From positions 124,001-188,000 of the forward strand of contig OZ025676.1 of the NCBI GenBank assembly GCA_964019335.1: a DNA stretch of 64,000 nucleotides, read 5' to 3'. The position numbers and the translations under genes are program-made. This stretch comes from Diplonema japonicum (Eukaryota > Protista > Euglenozoa: Diplonemea). Positions 41,553-53,122 of the stretch are shown one piece after another. Under the pieces are notes generated by a model. It saw only the letters and a program-made list of their open reading frames with translations, was not told the DNA's origin and did not search any database. Each line of letters starts with the position of its first letter. Position 1 is the stretch's first letter.

Positions 41553-43268
41553 TCATAGCTGTGTCAGTACTTTCCCGTCTTCACCGTGGAGCCTTGCTAA
41601 ATCCTCTGCCAAGGCCTCCTTGGATCGGGCGGAGGCCTCCATGGCTGTCTTGGAGGGGTCGGTGAAGTAAATGCCCAAAGACTGCAGGGTTTGAGAGGTG
41701 AGAGCGAAGTTCGCAGAGTGCGTCTCGGCGACCTCGAGAAGCGTTCTCTGCTTGTTCCTCAATGACTGTGTCTCGGTGGCGATGGGCACCCGTCCTTCTG
41801 AAACGGTCGTCTGCCTCTCAGCACGTTCGTTCCACACCACCTTGGCACCATAACGATCGGCGAGACCGTGAACGGTGGTGATGAACTCTTTGAAGGCCTC
41901 AAGGCTTTGCTTTGCCTCCGCAGTCTTCGTGTTGATCAAAGCTTGCTGCGCGTCAACATTCATAAAATGTTCAGTGGCGTTGTTGAAGAAGCCCTTTAAC
42001 ACCGATTGAGACTTTAACTGGAAATCGTTTTCCGCCTCAACACATCCACAAAGATCATCCCTAAGGAGGTCTATCTTCATCATCCATTCTTCATGTAGGG
42101 ATTTTCGGATGGACTCGTCTGCGGTCGCTTTGGCATGCAGGTCTACTAGTTCAACCCGTTCCTCGTTTAACAATGAGATTTGTTCCATCTTCTTGCACAC
42201 ATCGTCGAAGACTCGTTCTTGATGTGCGGAGTTTTCTCTCAGTAACGCTTGGAAACGGCTGCATTTTGTTTCGAATATTGCATTTGCCCTCTCGTCCTTC
42301 TTCTCGGCCGTGCTGCCGTAGTCATCGAGGGACATGATATCGGCTTGGACCTGTTTTTTTAATAGCTTCCATGAATCGCGTGTTTGATCCAAATCATCAC
42401 GCATTCTGTCCTTCCATTTCAAGCAGTTTGAATTGTGCTCCTCCACTTCACCCGCTGCTAGTGTGACGCACTGCATCCGTTGATGCGTTGTCCTAACCAT
42501 CTCCGTTAGGATCGGGATTAACAAAACGCTTGTTTCTTCGACTCCTTCGTTCTCGCCTGCGATCTCAGCGGCGACTCGCTTTGCTGAAAGAATCTTCGCG
42601 TTGCAGCTCAAATTGCGAATTTCGGTTTCAGTTGCCAGTAGCTCGCTTTTGAGGTAAGCAAGCGCGTCCTCACGGGTTAGTCTCCCGCCTTCCGAAAGGA
42701 GGCATATGACCTCATCGGTGAAGATTGGTTTGAGTTTTTCGTGTAAAATCTCTGATTCACACGACATTCTCGTTGATGATTTTTGTAAAACGGATAATTG
42801 TTCTATAAGGAACTCCTTGTCGAGTGTGGGTCTGTTTCGGGTTTTGTTTATAAATTCTGTTACGTTGGTGTGAATGCCTGCTTGTTGTGAGATGTTCTCG
42901 TAGGTGGCACTAGTGACAGGGGGACCTTTTACTCCTGATGCGAACTCTGCCATGTGTGAAGGGGTTTCCTTGTTTTTCGTGGAGATCTCTTGCTTCATGC
43001 GGAGCGTTCTCTCGAGGTTCTTTCTGTGTTGCTTCTTCAGGTCTTGCATGGAGTTTCTGAGAATTTCGTACAGCTCCGCGTTCACACCTTTTCTGTCCAC
43101 TTTGTAGTGCAGTACCTCCTTGCCCCCCACCACCGTTTCTTCATACGCCCCATAAACCGCATCCCCTTCAGGTTTTTTGATCCCAGGCTCTTCCCACGAC
43201 TTATCAGGGTATGGTTCCATTAGTGGAATGGCCTCCCTGCTGAATTTTCTGTGGAGCATTGCCGTCAT
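41553..43268 (-). CDS. Paraflagellar rod (PFR)-family coiled-coil protein, divergent
   Basis: ~570 aa. LKKQVQADIMSL...LRENSAHQERVFDDVCKKMEQISLLNEERVELV...ESIRK resembles the recalled PFR1/2 coiled-coil pattern (ENxxxQxxxW...LxxERxxxV...ExxRK). Confidence 0.6.
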   Translation of the reverse strand: MTAMLHRKFSREAIPLMEPYPDKSWEEPGIKKPEGDAVYGAYEETVVGGKEVLHYKVDRKGVNAELYEILRNSMQDLKKQHRKNLERTLRMKQEISTKNKETPSHMAEFASGVKGPPVTSATYENISQQAGIHTNVTEFINKTRNRPTLDKEFLIEQLSVLQKSSTRMSCESEILHEKLKPIFTDEVICLLSEGGRLTREDALAYLKSELLATETEIRNLSCNAKILSAKRVAAEIAGENEGVEETSVLLIPILTEMVRTTHQRMQCVTLAAGEVEEHNSNCLKWKDRMRDDLDQTRDSWKLLKKQVQADIMSLDDYGSTAEKKDERANAIFETKCSRFQALLRENSAHQERVFDDVCKKMEQISLLNEERVELVDLHAKATADESIRKSLHEEWMMKIDLLRDDLCGCVEAENDFQLKSQSVLKGFFNNATEHFMNVDAQQALINTKTAEAKQSLEAFKEFITTVHGLADRYGAKVVWNERAERQTTVSEGRVPIATETQSLRNKQRTLLEVAETHSANFALTSQTLQSLGIYFTDPSKTAMEASARSKEALAEDLARLHGEDGKVLTQL

Positions 43269-43349
43269 TTCCCCCCCCCCCCCTCCCCCCTTTTTGTTTT
43301 TTTTTTCCATCTAAAAAAAAAAACAAAAAAAAAAAACAAAAAAAAAAAA

Positions 43350-44753
43350 TCATCTCGAAACCTTTCCAGGAGACGAGCCTGTGAAGTTCACGAAATCGAA
43401 GCGCGACTTCACATTCGGCATTCTACGCTGGATCTCGTTCGCGTCGGGTTGCTGCCCGGCTGTCTCAAACACCTTTTCGAAACACCTGAGATACACCTCC
43501 GACTCGATCACACCATTGTTGGAAGCCGTGTCACGCAAGCTACGCGCAGCAGATACATTCCCAGTGTGTGAGTACACAGTCATCGCCATTGTGTACAACC
43601 GACGACAAGAAAGGTACTCATTTGAAATGGCTTGGTGGATCAACCCCTTCGTGTACTCATCAATACCAAGCATTCTAGGCGAAGTGGGTGCAAGCTTCGA
43701 TGCAAGCACAGCGTTTCCCTCCAACAAAATCCCCAATGTGATGTTATTGGGGGTGAGTTTGAGTTTCTCAAGAAGCTTAACATGTCTTTTGAGGCTCTCG
43801 ACTAAACCCAGCTTGCTGAACACAGACAGAAATGCGTGGATCAGTTCCAGCCCGGTATTAATGGGCCGTGGGGGCTTGTCACGGTGTCCTAGCCATTCCA
43901 TCCATGTCCCAGGTTTCAGTTTTGCGAATAGTTTTTCCGCTTCTTCGGGGTTGCCTTCTCGTGCCGCTGCTTTGAAAACGCTTTGAAATAAAGAAGCTCG
44001 TATTGAGAACCCCGATGTGTAGCATTCATTGAGGTAAATCTTCGCGGTGGCGACATCGGGGCAGGATGAGATCATCAAGCTCCATGCGTGTGGGCCTTTT
44101 TCGAAGCCTTGTTGTTCCATTGCCGCCCAGAGCTGTTTTGTTTTGGAGAAGTTGCCTCTTGTGGAGTAGTATCGAAGAACGGCGATCCATACCGAGTCGG
44201 TTTTGGGAATGTTATCCCGCTTGAGGTCTTCCAAAACCTGTTGAAGAGCTGTGTCGGAGGCCGAGAAGTCCCGCGCGCAAGCATTGATGAGGAATTTGTA
44301 GGTGTCTGGTGTTCTGTCGACTTTTTGGGTTGTCATGGTTTCAAGAATTGACAGGGACTGTCGAAGGTTTCCCCCCCATGAGAGGTATTTGAGGACCTCG
44401 TTGTAGGTCTGCGTTCCGAGGGTGCATCGCTTTGCCGCCATTGTCCCGAGGAGGCCGAAGAGTTGTCCGGTGGCAAGGCGTCCCAGGCTCATACTTTCTC
44501 TCCGTTTTGCCATTGTTTGAACGCGTGAGGCGCGTTCTGTTATGTACAAGGCGGTTCTTGTGTCGTTCCACATCAGGAGGTCCTCTATGCGGTTTGAAGG
44601 GGGGTTGAAGAAGTCTGCCTCTCGCCCCGTGGCTGCCTTGTTTGCTGGTTTTTTTTTTTCGCGTTGTGTTTCGCTTTGAGCTGGATTTCTTTTCCACTCT
44701 CCGACCCAGTTCATTCCTCTTGTCGTGCGTTGTGCGCCTCCTTTACGTATCAT
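43350..44753 (-). CDS. Pentatricopeptide repeat (PPR) protein, probably mitochondrial
   Basis: ~35-aa repeats starting TYNEVL, TYKFLINACAR, VWIAVLRYYSTRGN, AWSLMI and LFQSVFKAAAREGNPEEAEKLF. Basic N-terminus from ATG 44753. Confidence 0.85.
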   Translation of the reverse strand: MIRKGGAQRTTRGMNWVGEWKRNPAQSETQREKKKPANKAATGREADFFNPPSNRIEDLLMWNDTRTALYITERASRVQTMAKRRESMSLGRLATGQLFGLLGTMAAKRCTLGTQTYNEVLKYLSWGGNLRQSLSILETMTTQKVDRTPDTYKFLINACARDFSASDTALQQVLEDLKRDNIPKTDSVWIAVLRYYSTRGNFSKTKQLWAAMEQQGFEKGPHAWSLMISSCPDVATAKIYLNECYTSGFSIRASLFQSVFKAAAREGNPEEAEKLFAKLKPGTWMEWLGHRDKPPRPINTGLELIHAFLSVFSKLGLVESLKRHVKLLEKLKLTPNNITLGILLEGNAVLASKLAPTSPRMLGIDEYTKGLIHQAISNEYLSCRRLYTMAMTVYSHTGNVSAARSLRDTASNNGVIESEVYLRCFEKVFETAGQQPDANEIQRRMPNVKSRFDFVNFTGSSPGKVSR

Positions 44754-45290
44754 TTTTTTTTTTGTTGTGTCGTCACTGAAATTGAAAGAAATATTACAAT
44801 TGAAGAATTTAAAAATTATAGAGAAAAAAAGTGTTTTAAAAAAATGGACTTTGAAGAGGGGGGGGAGAGAGAGAGATGGGGAGAGGTAAATAAATAAGAG
44901 GAAGGTGAGAGGGAGAGAGGATGGAAAGAAAAGAAAACGAGAATGATGGTATAAAAGTAAAAAAAAGGGGGGGCACTGATGGAGGGGAAGTGTCGCGTAA
45001 GACACAATCCCCTACACTGCAGTGAAAGAGGGGGAAAAAATAAAATAAAATAAAAATAGAACGTTTGCGAGCGCACGCCGAGGAAGGGGGGGGGGGGGGG
45101 GCGGAAGAAAAAGATATCAATAAAATTCAGTGTGCAGGGGGAATGCTCACAAAAAAAAAAATTAAAAATAAAAAGGAGTGGGGGAGGAGGGAGAAGAAAA
45201 AAAGGGTTTTTTTTTGTCCCCTTCCAAAAAAAAAAAAAAAAAAAAAATTGCAAGAAACTTCAGGAAGAAGTAATTGCAAAAGGTGAAGGC

Positions 45291-45332
<42 letters not shown>

Positions 45333-45339
45333 ACAAATT

Positions 45340-45370
45340 AAGGGTACCTGCGGTATGTGGCAGGACGCCT
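45340..45370. repeat. Family C short repeat, diverged copy
   Basis: AAGGGTACCTGCGGTATGTGGCAGGACGCCT, similar to 50979-51019 and 54774-54814. Confidence 0.7.
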
Positions 45371-45738
45371 GAAAGTCGCTTTTTTTTGTTATATTGAACC
45401 CTAGTACTCAAGATAGTCATCAGAAAGGGCTTTAAAGGATAGTTCAATCCAGAGAATAAACCGCGGACTCTGGCGCTACCTCTTTACCCATGGTTTTATA
45501 TTTCCTTTCTCCTACACTCCTTTTTCTTTTCTCTTCTTAGAAAGACGCTCCTATTTACCGCTGTTTCTTCATCTTCCTCATTCGATGATTTTGCGGCAAA
45601 AATACAGAAGAAAAAAAATGTAGGAGAGTTGAAAAAAAAAGGAAGAAAAAAAAGAAGAAAAAAAAAAACAAGTAGCCTCGTATCCCCTTCTTGTTGTGGG
45701 TAAATAAAAAAAAAAAAAAGAAAATGGAATCAATAATA

Positions 45739-45783
<45 letters not shown>

Positions 45784-46270
45784 AAATAGTGGCTTATTGA
45801 CCAAAGCATAGGCTTTGCAAAACACCAGTCTAAAATAAACTGGCCGATTTCTTTTTTCTCCCCCCCCCTTAGACACCGCCCCTAGCACTCCTCTTAGTAC
45901 AGAGTATGTACTATCTCTACCTTCTTCTTTTATAGGTTTCACTCAGGCCGAGATACGGGCGTAGGCAGTAGAAACATGTCCCTTTTTTAAACACAATCAC
46001 AGTTAGTAGATAAGAAAGAAAGAAAAAAAAATAGAGGGGGAATCGGTTAAATGCAGAAAAGGAAAAGAAAAAAGAAAAAAAAAAAAAAAAAAGGAATGGT
46101 AACTTTTTTTCTTTCCATTCTCTTTTTTTTTTTTTCTTTCAAAAGGAATCGTGTCAGCTAGCACCTTGTTTTTGCTCCCTCTTTTTTTTTTCTTTTTTTT
46201 TCCCGTGCACTATGATGGCCAAGAAACGACTAGTTCCCTCTTTCCCCCCTTTTAAAAAAGGGTAAAAAAA

Positions 46271-46475
46271 ATATATGAGTTAAAGGAGGCCGGTGTTGGC
46301 GGCGCCCTGCACAAGAACTGTCTACTTGATTACAGGGGGCGCGCCGCGGCCGAGTTGTAGCTTCTTCTGCGTTCCGCGTCCCCTTAATGCGTGCTGTGTA
46401 CAGCTCAACCCCAGCCGGTGCGTCCCGGGTAACCAAGATTCTGCGCTCGTGCAGTTTGCTGCCTGTTCGTCACCC
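46271..46475 (-). mobile_element. Family A element, 205-bp copy
   Basis: GC-rich island flanked by plus-strand A runs. Identical to 47936-48143 apart from one net 3-nt indel. Confidence 0.85.
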
Positions 46476-47935
46476 AAAAAAAAAAATACTGGGACTGGCA
46501 TTAGTTTTTTTTTTTTTTTTTTTTTTTTTTTTCCGAAGCTAAAATTTAAAAGCCAGCTTCTCTGTCACGTTGGCGGGTACATAAGAAAAATTGCTGTATT
46601 TTGTTTAAGCAATCCTTCTGGTTTACCCCACCTTCGCCATTGATAACCCCTCACATACCCTCTTTTTCCTTAAGAAAAATGAAGGAACAAGAAAATCTAA
46701 CATAATAAATTGGGAGAAAAGTTTTCCGGGTCCAAAAAAAAAAAAAAACTTTTTCCCAAAAAAAAAAAAAAAAAAACTTTTGACAGCAGAAAAATCCTAC
46801 ACAATATGTGGTTTATGAAAAAAGAAAAGAAAAGAAAAAAAAGAAATAGCTAAGGGGCGAAGGGAGTATTGGAATAAAAAGGGAGAAAAAAAAAAAACTG
46901 CCCGTATAGAGACGGTCAGAACTAGGAAAAAAAAAACAACATATTGGTTATGCAGGATTTTTGATTGCTATCTTTTTTTTTTAATTTATTTTTTTTTATA
47001 TTTCTCTTTTCTTTTTTTTTTCCCCTTTCTCTCTTCATCCTTCAGAAAAAAAAAAGAAAAGAAAAACTCTCCTTTTCGTTCTTTGTATTTCTTTTTCTCT
47101 TTTTTTTTTCCCCCTTTTCCTTTCCTTTTGTTTTCCGTGAATCCCCCTTGCATATGTTGACCCTGCTGAATTGTAAGTCGGGCAATACAAAAAAGTTCAT
47201 TTTTTTAAAAAAAATAAAAAGAAGGGAGACTTGAGGATGGGGGAGGAATATTCTTTTTTTTTTCCCCCTCATTTTTTTTTTCCTTCTTTTTTTTCAAAAA
47301 AAATAGAACATTCCTACCTCCATCCCTTCCTCCCCTTCTCGGAAATAAAAAAAGAGGAGGAAAATAAGAATAAAGAAGAAAAAAAAAAGAAAATTTTGGA
47401 CGCATTCTAAATAGAAGCAAACTGCGCCTGGGTAAAAAAAAAAAAAAAAAAGAGAAAAAAAAAGTATGGTTTTCAAACTCCGTTCTCTTCTTAAAGGGTT
47501 TTGTGGACCCTCTACAGAGGCACTTTTTTTTTTTCTTTTACTTCTCCTTCCCTCTCCCTTCTTCCACAATTTAAGCTCTGTTTTAAATTTTATGTCAACA
47601 CAAAGATATGGCAAGGAAGAGAGGAGGGATGAGGAGAGACTGACCACAGGAAGCTGGATATCGAAACCACCACCCCCCTTACAGTGCCTGGCCCTTAGCA
47701 ACTAGAGACACATCCTAAAAACCACTCTCTTGAATGTGGCTTCTTTTTTCTTTTTTTCTCTACGCATCTACAGGTTTGTTTCGCACGAGCGACACTGCCG
47801 TGTGAATTAAAAAAAAAAAAAAAAAAAAACCAATGTTCACAAACTGAAAAAAGAGTGTTTGGCTTTGGTGCATGATGCTCCCATGGACCTCTTTTAACTA
47901 CAACGCAAAAATAAAAAAAAAAGAAAAAAAAATAA

Positions 47936-48226
47936 ATATATGAGTTAAAGGAGGCCGGTGTTGGCGGCGCCCTGCACAAGAACTGTCTACTTGATTACAG
48001 GGGGCGCGCCGCGGCCGAGTTGTAGCTTCTTCTGCGTTCCGCGTCGTGTCCTTAATGCGTGCTGTGTACAGCTCAACCCCAGCCGGTGCGTCCCGGGTAA
48101 CCAAGATTCTGCGCTCGTGCAGTTTGCTGCCTGTTCGTCACCCTGAGCATCTGCATTATGTTCTTCCACTCGGGCGCTACCGGTGATGACCGACGAGGAG
48201 GTCAACAGCGAACAACACATCTGATG
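47936..48226 (-). mobile_element. Family A element, longest copy (~290 bp)
   Basis: Same fixed terminus ATATATGAGTTAAAGGAGGCC. Extends ~80 bp beyond the 46271 copy. A minus-strand open frame ends at 47987. Confidence 0.85.
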
Positions 48227-49737
48227 TTTTTCTTATATTTTCATGTTATCCCCACCACCTAAAGTAATAATAAAAAAGGGGGATATTTGTTTTTATTGTT
48301 ATTAACAAACCGCAAAAACTTCTTGTTTTTTTTTTCCCTCTTTTTTTTTGCCCATAAAGTAAGGGGGGGGGGGGGGGGGGGCATCGGGGAATTGATTTAA
48401 GGTAAAGTTGTTGACAGGGAAAAAAGCATTTCAGGTCCACCTGGACGAAAAATGTTTCTTTCTTCCCTTGATTTTTTTTTTTCTCTGTTGATGATTCTCT
48501 CCTCCCCCCCTGGTCTGTCGGTATTTTTTTTCTTCTGATTTTTTCACTCATTTTTTTTTAAAATTAATTTGATCTCTAATTTAAAAAAATTTTGATGACT
48601 CTGGAAAAATAAAAAGAAAAATACTCCCCCAATTTTTTTTTTTTTTTTTTGTGAACCTTGATATTTCTTTTTTTTTTTTTTTTTAAACCGTTGTGCTAAA
48701 CAAAATAGGGGGCTTTGTCTACTGAAAAAAAATTTACTCATTTTCTACCTCACCTTTTGCGCACATTTTTTTTTTTTTTTGACCCATGTGTTACTTCTCC
48801 CTCCGTTTAAAGGAGTATGTGCCTGTTTGAAAAGTCATTCTCGCAGATAAAAAAAGGGGGGACGGGGTGGGGAAAGGAAGAAGGGGGTGCACTGCAAAGG
48901 GAAAATGTTGCGGTAAGAAAGAAAAACCCGCAAGTGAAGAAAGGCCTAAATATAAGAAGAAAAAAAATTAGCACTTTTTGGCCATTTCAGGACCTACAGC
49001 AACAACAACAAAAAAATAGCACTTTCCCTTTTGCAGAGATTTTCTTTTTTAAACTAGCCAAAAACAGGCAGAGCTTTCAATGCAAATAAAAAGTCCAAAA
49101 CGAAGAGGGGAATTAAAAAAGAAGAAAGAGAAAAAGAAAAGGGAAAATTGTATATTCTTCCCTTCTCAGCACTTCTTCTTCTTCTTTTCTTTTCTTCCTC
49201 TTCCTTTGTCCTCTTTATTCAATTATAAAAGGGAAAAAAAAGGGGGGGTAAAAGACTTCGAAAATAAATAGCATACACAAATAAAAGGAAATAATATATG
49301 AGAGGGGTCATTCCCCCCTCAAAAATCTCTCCTCTTTCTGACCCCTTCCTTTTCTTCTTCATCAATTCGAGAATAGAAGTGCATGCAATGAAGGGTCATA
49401 AAACAATTACATAGAACGGTTGCAGCAGCAAGAGGGGGAAGGGGAAAAAAAAAACAAAAAAAAGAAGAATGCCCATAGTTGATACTTGCATACCCAAGGC
49501 TTTTTTTAAAAGAGGAATCTTTGGCTTTTTTTCCCTCTTTTTTTGCAAGAAAAGAAGAAGAAAAAAAAGCCTTTTTTTTTTTTTTTTTTTTTTTTTGCAT
49601 GTCTCCAAAAACAAAGTCGTCGTTAATCAGGGCCAGAAAATTTCAGAAAAAAAAGAAGAAGAAGAAAAAAAAAAAAAGCAACACACACGCGCAAGAATGG
49701 AAAAATATATGAGCTCGTCCGGATTAAAAATGTCAAC

Positions 49738-49771
<34 letters not shown>

Positions 49772-50013
49772 CCGGCAGTTCGAAAATTTTTGTTTTGATT
49801 ATTTGAGCAAAAAAAGGCAGCATGCAATCGAAGGAAGATCACATATGTTGCCCATCCGCTGAGGTTTTACCTTTTCTTTTTTTTTTTTTTTTCCTGTACT
49901 CATAAAACTGAAAAATTAAAAAGGATTTTAGGGAAACTTAACAGGAGGTTTTTTAGCTATACCTAAGAGGGACTTATTTGTGGACATTTTTTTTTCCAAA
50001 CGAGCTACATATC

Positions 50014-50053
<40 letters not shown>

Positions 50054-50643
50054 TTTCTTCTTTTTTTTTTTTCTGTCGGGCAAATTTACCCTTGTTCACA
50101 AGAAATACAGTAATTGTACCTTCCCCATATGTAGGCCCTCTATAAGAGGGTATGTGTGTGAGAGTGTGTGTGTTTTCTTATTCCTTTTTTCTTTTTTTTT
50201 TTTTTTTTTTTCGCACAACAAAACTGATGCCCCAAACTGACCAGAGCAAGTCCAAGGTAGGCCTTCGAGTAATGCTGCCTTTTCTGCAACTTTCTCTTAT
50301 TTCCTATTTTTGGTTGTGGTTTTTGATGTGTGGCCAATTTCATCTGATTTAGTCAAAAAGCACAAAAAAATGGGGGGGGGGAAATGTCAAATCAAATTTC
50401 ATCAAAAAAATTGATTTTCCTTTTTTTTTTTTTTTTTTTTGTTAACTTCCCCCGCCCAAGGTTAATCCTTCTTATAAAAAAAAAAAAAAAACTTTTTTTT
50501 TTTTTAAAAGCCGGCTAACCCTTTTCAGTGCTGGGCTATCTTAGAAGGCAACAAAGTGAATTGGGGTTCCCCCCCCCTCCCTTGTTCCATTATTTCCAAA
50601 AAAAAAAAAAAAAAAAAAATGTGCATGCTAATGAGGAAAAAAA

Positions 50644-50886
50644 ATATATGAGTTAAAGGAAGTCTTTGTGAGACGCCCCCTTTCAGCAGGCTTGGCTATT
50701 ATCTACTAGCGTACTTCTCTTGCAGGTTCAGCGGCTTCTGACGCACCTCAGCCAACTCCCCTAGCTTCCCTCTGAGGGGTGCTAGCTCCATTGTCGAAAC
50801 TGCCGCGTTCCTGTTCCCTCCACACCAGCGCAGTGGCTGCCCGAGCCCATTTCAGCACCGGCTTCGTGTACTCCAGGATGTTGAAG
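50644..50886 (-). mobile_element. Family B element, ~240-bp copy
   Basis: Shares the 17-nt terminus ATATATGAGTTAAAGGA with family A but has a different body. Flanked by plus-strand A runs. Minus-strand frame NILEYTKPVLKWARAATALVWRE...GVG* ends at 50748. Confidence 0.75.
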
Positions 50887-50978
50887 AAAAAAAAAAAAAA
50901 AGAGAGTAAGACTGGCAAGAACAGGAGGGGAGGGCAGAACAGGAATAAAAAAAAGGAAAGGGGGGGAGGAAAAAAAAA

Positions 50979-51019
50979 AAGTCTTTGAAGGGAACCTGCA
51001 GTGTGTGACAGGATCACCT
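50979..51019. repeat. Family C short repeat
   Basis: AAGTCTTTGAAGGGAACCTGCAGTGTGTGACAGGATCACCT, 3 mismatches to 54774-54814. Confidence 0.8.
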
Positions 51020-53089
51020 CAAAAAAAAGCGGGCATCAGAAAAGAAAAACAAAAAAATATGGGGTAGGGAAAAAAACAAATGTAAGCTACGTCCCATAAG
51101 CCAAGCAAAGATGTCAACACCCAAAGGAGAATCATCTATTACTTTCAAGTCTTTTGTTTTTTTTCCCCCTCTGCCCTTCCTTTCTTGATTGCTCCCCTTC
51201 CCCTGCTTTTCTTTTTAATCATTGTGCTTGCACCATGTCACCATGCCCATTCTTGCCGTAAAAGAAAGAAAGAAAAACCAAACCAAAGCGAATCAGAGAG
51301 AAAAAGAAATAAACAAAAAGTAAGGGGGAAACAAAAAAAAAAAGGAGAATTAGGAGGGAAAGGATAACATTTTTTGTCAATATTATCTATAAAACAATTT
51401 TTTTCTCTTCCCTCCCCCCCCCCCCTTTTTTTTTCTTCAAAAAAGAGATCTTGTGTAGCTAAAATGATCATCCTGGGATAAAAGTCTAAACAAAAAAAAA
51501 AAGAAGGTAAAAGGCAAAAGCCGAATTAATTTCTTGCAACATGTTTTTTTTCTTTTTTTCCCCGTTCTTCTTCTCTCTCTTCTGCTTCTATTTCTTTTGG
51601 CTCTGTTGTTACTATTTCTTTTTGAGGAGGGGGTTTTTTTTTATCAGCACATTCATAAAAGGGGGGAACGGGATGATTGTAGGCACAGAGCACAAAAAAA
51701 AAGGCAGTAACAGGTGAGAGGGGAGGGAAAAAAAAAAAAAAAAGAAGAAGAAAAAAAAAACAACCTTTCTTCCAAGCCAGAGCCATTGTTGGTACGTGCC
51801 GGGTAAAACCTGGAGAAGTTTGTAAAACCCGAAACACATTGAAAGATTTGACTTGAAAAAAAAAAAAGAAATTCAGATTTTTAAACCAAAAAGATATTAT
51901 ATTACAAGAAGTAACGCTCTATTTTTCAAGAAAAAAAAAGAGCGGGGGGGGGGGGGGGGGGGGAGGTACTTTTATATAAACTGGATATAAAATATAAACG
52001 GGGAAATGTGGTTGGTGTGCGAGAGTAGCTACTTAGAACATCAGTTCCACGTTGCTGGACATCTTGGAATAAAAAAAAAAAGAACAAAGAAAAAAAAAAG
52101 AACAACAACAAAAAAAAAAAGAATATAGACAAGTACTCCAAGCTACACTTTTTTTTTTTTTTTTTTTTTTTTGGACGGGTGGAGGAGGGTATAAAACTTG
52201 CAGGGAATGGGTGGGGTTAACAGTTTTCTGCTGTTTAAAAAAAAAAAAAAAATGCCCTTTTTTTTTTTCGAAAAAGACCAAATTCGCATTGGAAACATCG
52301 AATATCACAATACCTTTTTTTTTTTTTTTTTTTAAAGCTGCCACAGACGATTAAACAAATCCACCAACTATGGGGGGGGGGGGAGCATACAATCTGAGTA
52401 TCTACCAAAGCAGGTAGTATTTCTTTTTTTCTTTTTTGGAGCCCAAAGGTGACCCCCACTCATCATGCATGAAAAGGGTTTAAAAAAAAAGAACCTGGCA
52501 GAAGTAGTACCATGTTGCATTAGCCAAAATGGGAGGGGCAGCGAACTTTAGGAGGTGCTGCTGTGATCTTTTGCGGGACATAATTTAAAAAAAAGAGAAA
52601 GCTGTTTCAGCCACATACTTTACAACCCCCTGCTTGGCATAAAAGCACGGAAACAGGGGTTTCAAAAACTCCTCCTGCCGATTCCCTCCCCCCCCCCCCC
52701 CCCCCCATTTTCGCAAGTCAAAGAACAAAAAGTTAAGATCACTATTACAAGGAGACCAAAGGAGAAAAGAGTTAAAAAAAAAGAAGGAGGGGTAAAACAT
52801 GCATACTTTATGAAAATAATAGAACGGGGAGAGGGAAAAAGAAAAAAAAAAAAAAAAAAAAACCAAGGTTATCGTTACAAGATTTCTTTTTCTCCCTCAT
52901 CGCCAAGAGTGTGGTGTTATTTGACAGCAAAGCACACCTTGGTTTGATTTTTAAAAATCTTTTTTTTTTCGCTTTTTTTCTGTTTTTTTTTTAAATTTGT
53001 GTGTGGGGGTGGTGGTAATTGTTGTTGGTTTTCCCATTTTTTTTTCACGAATAACCAAAGAAGAATATAAATAAAAAAAAGTAGATCTG

Positions 53090-53122
<33 letters not shown>

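Noticed and set aside
45400-45480. CTGATGA on the minus strand suggesting a hammerhead ribozyme or box C
   Set aside because: No correctly placed GAAA and stem II, and no downstream box D.
16849-50886. A/B repeats as a CRISPR array or spliced-leader RNA genes
   Set aside because: They are dispersed rather than regularly spaced, the context is eukaryotic with no cas genes, and they do not resemble the euglenozoan SL exon as I recall it.
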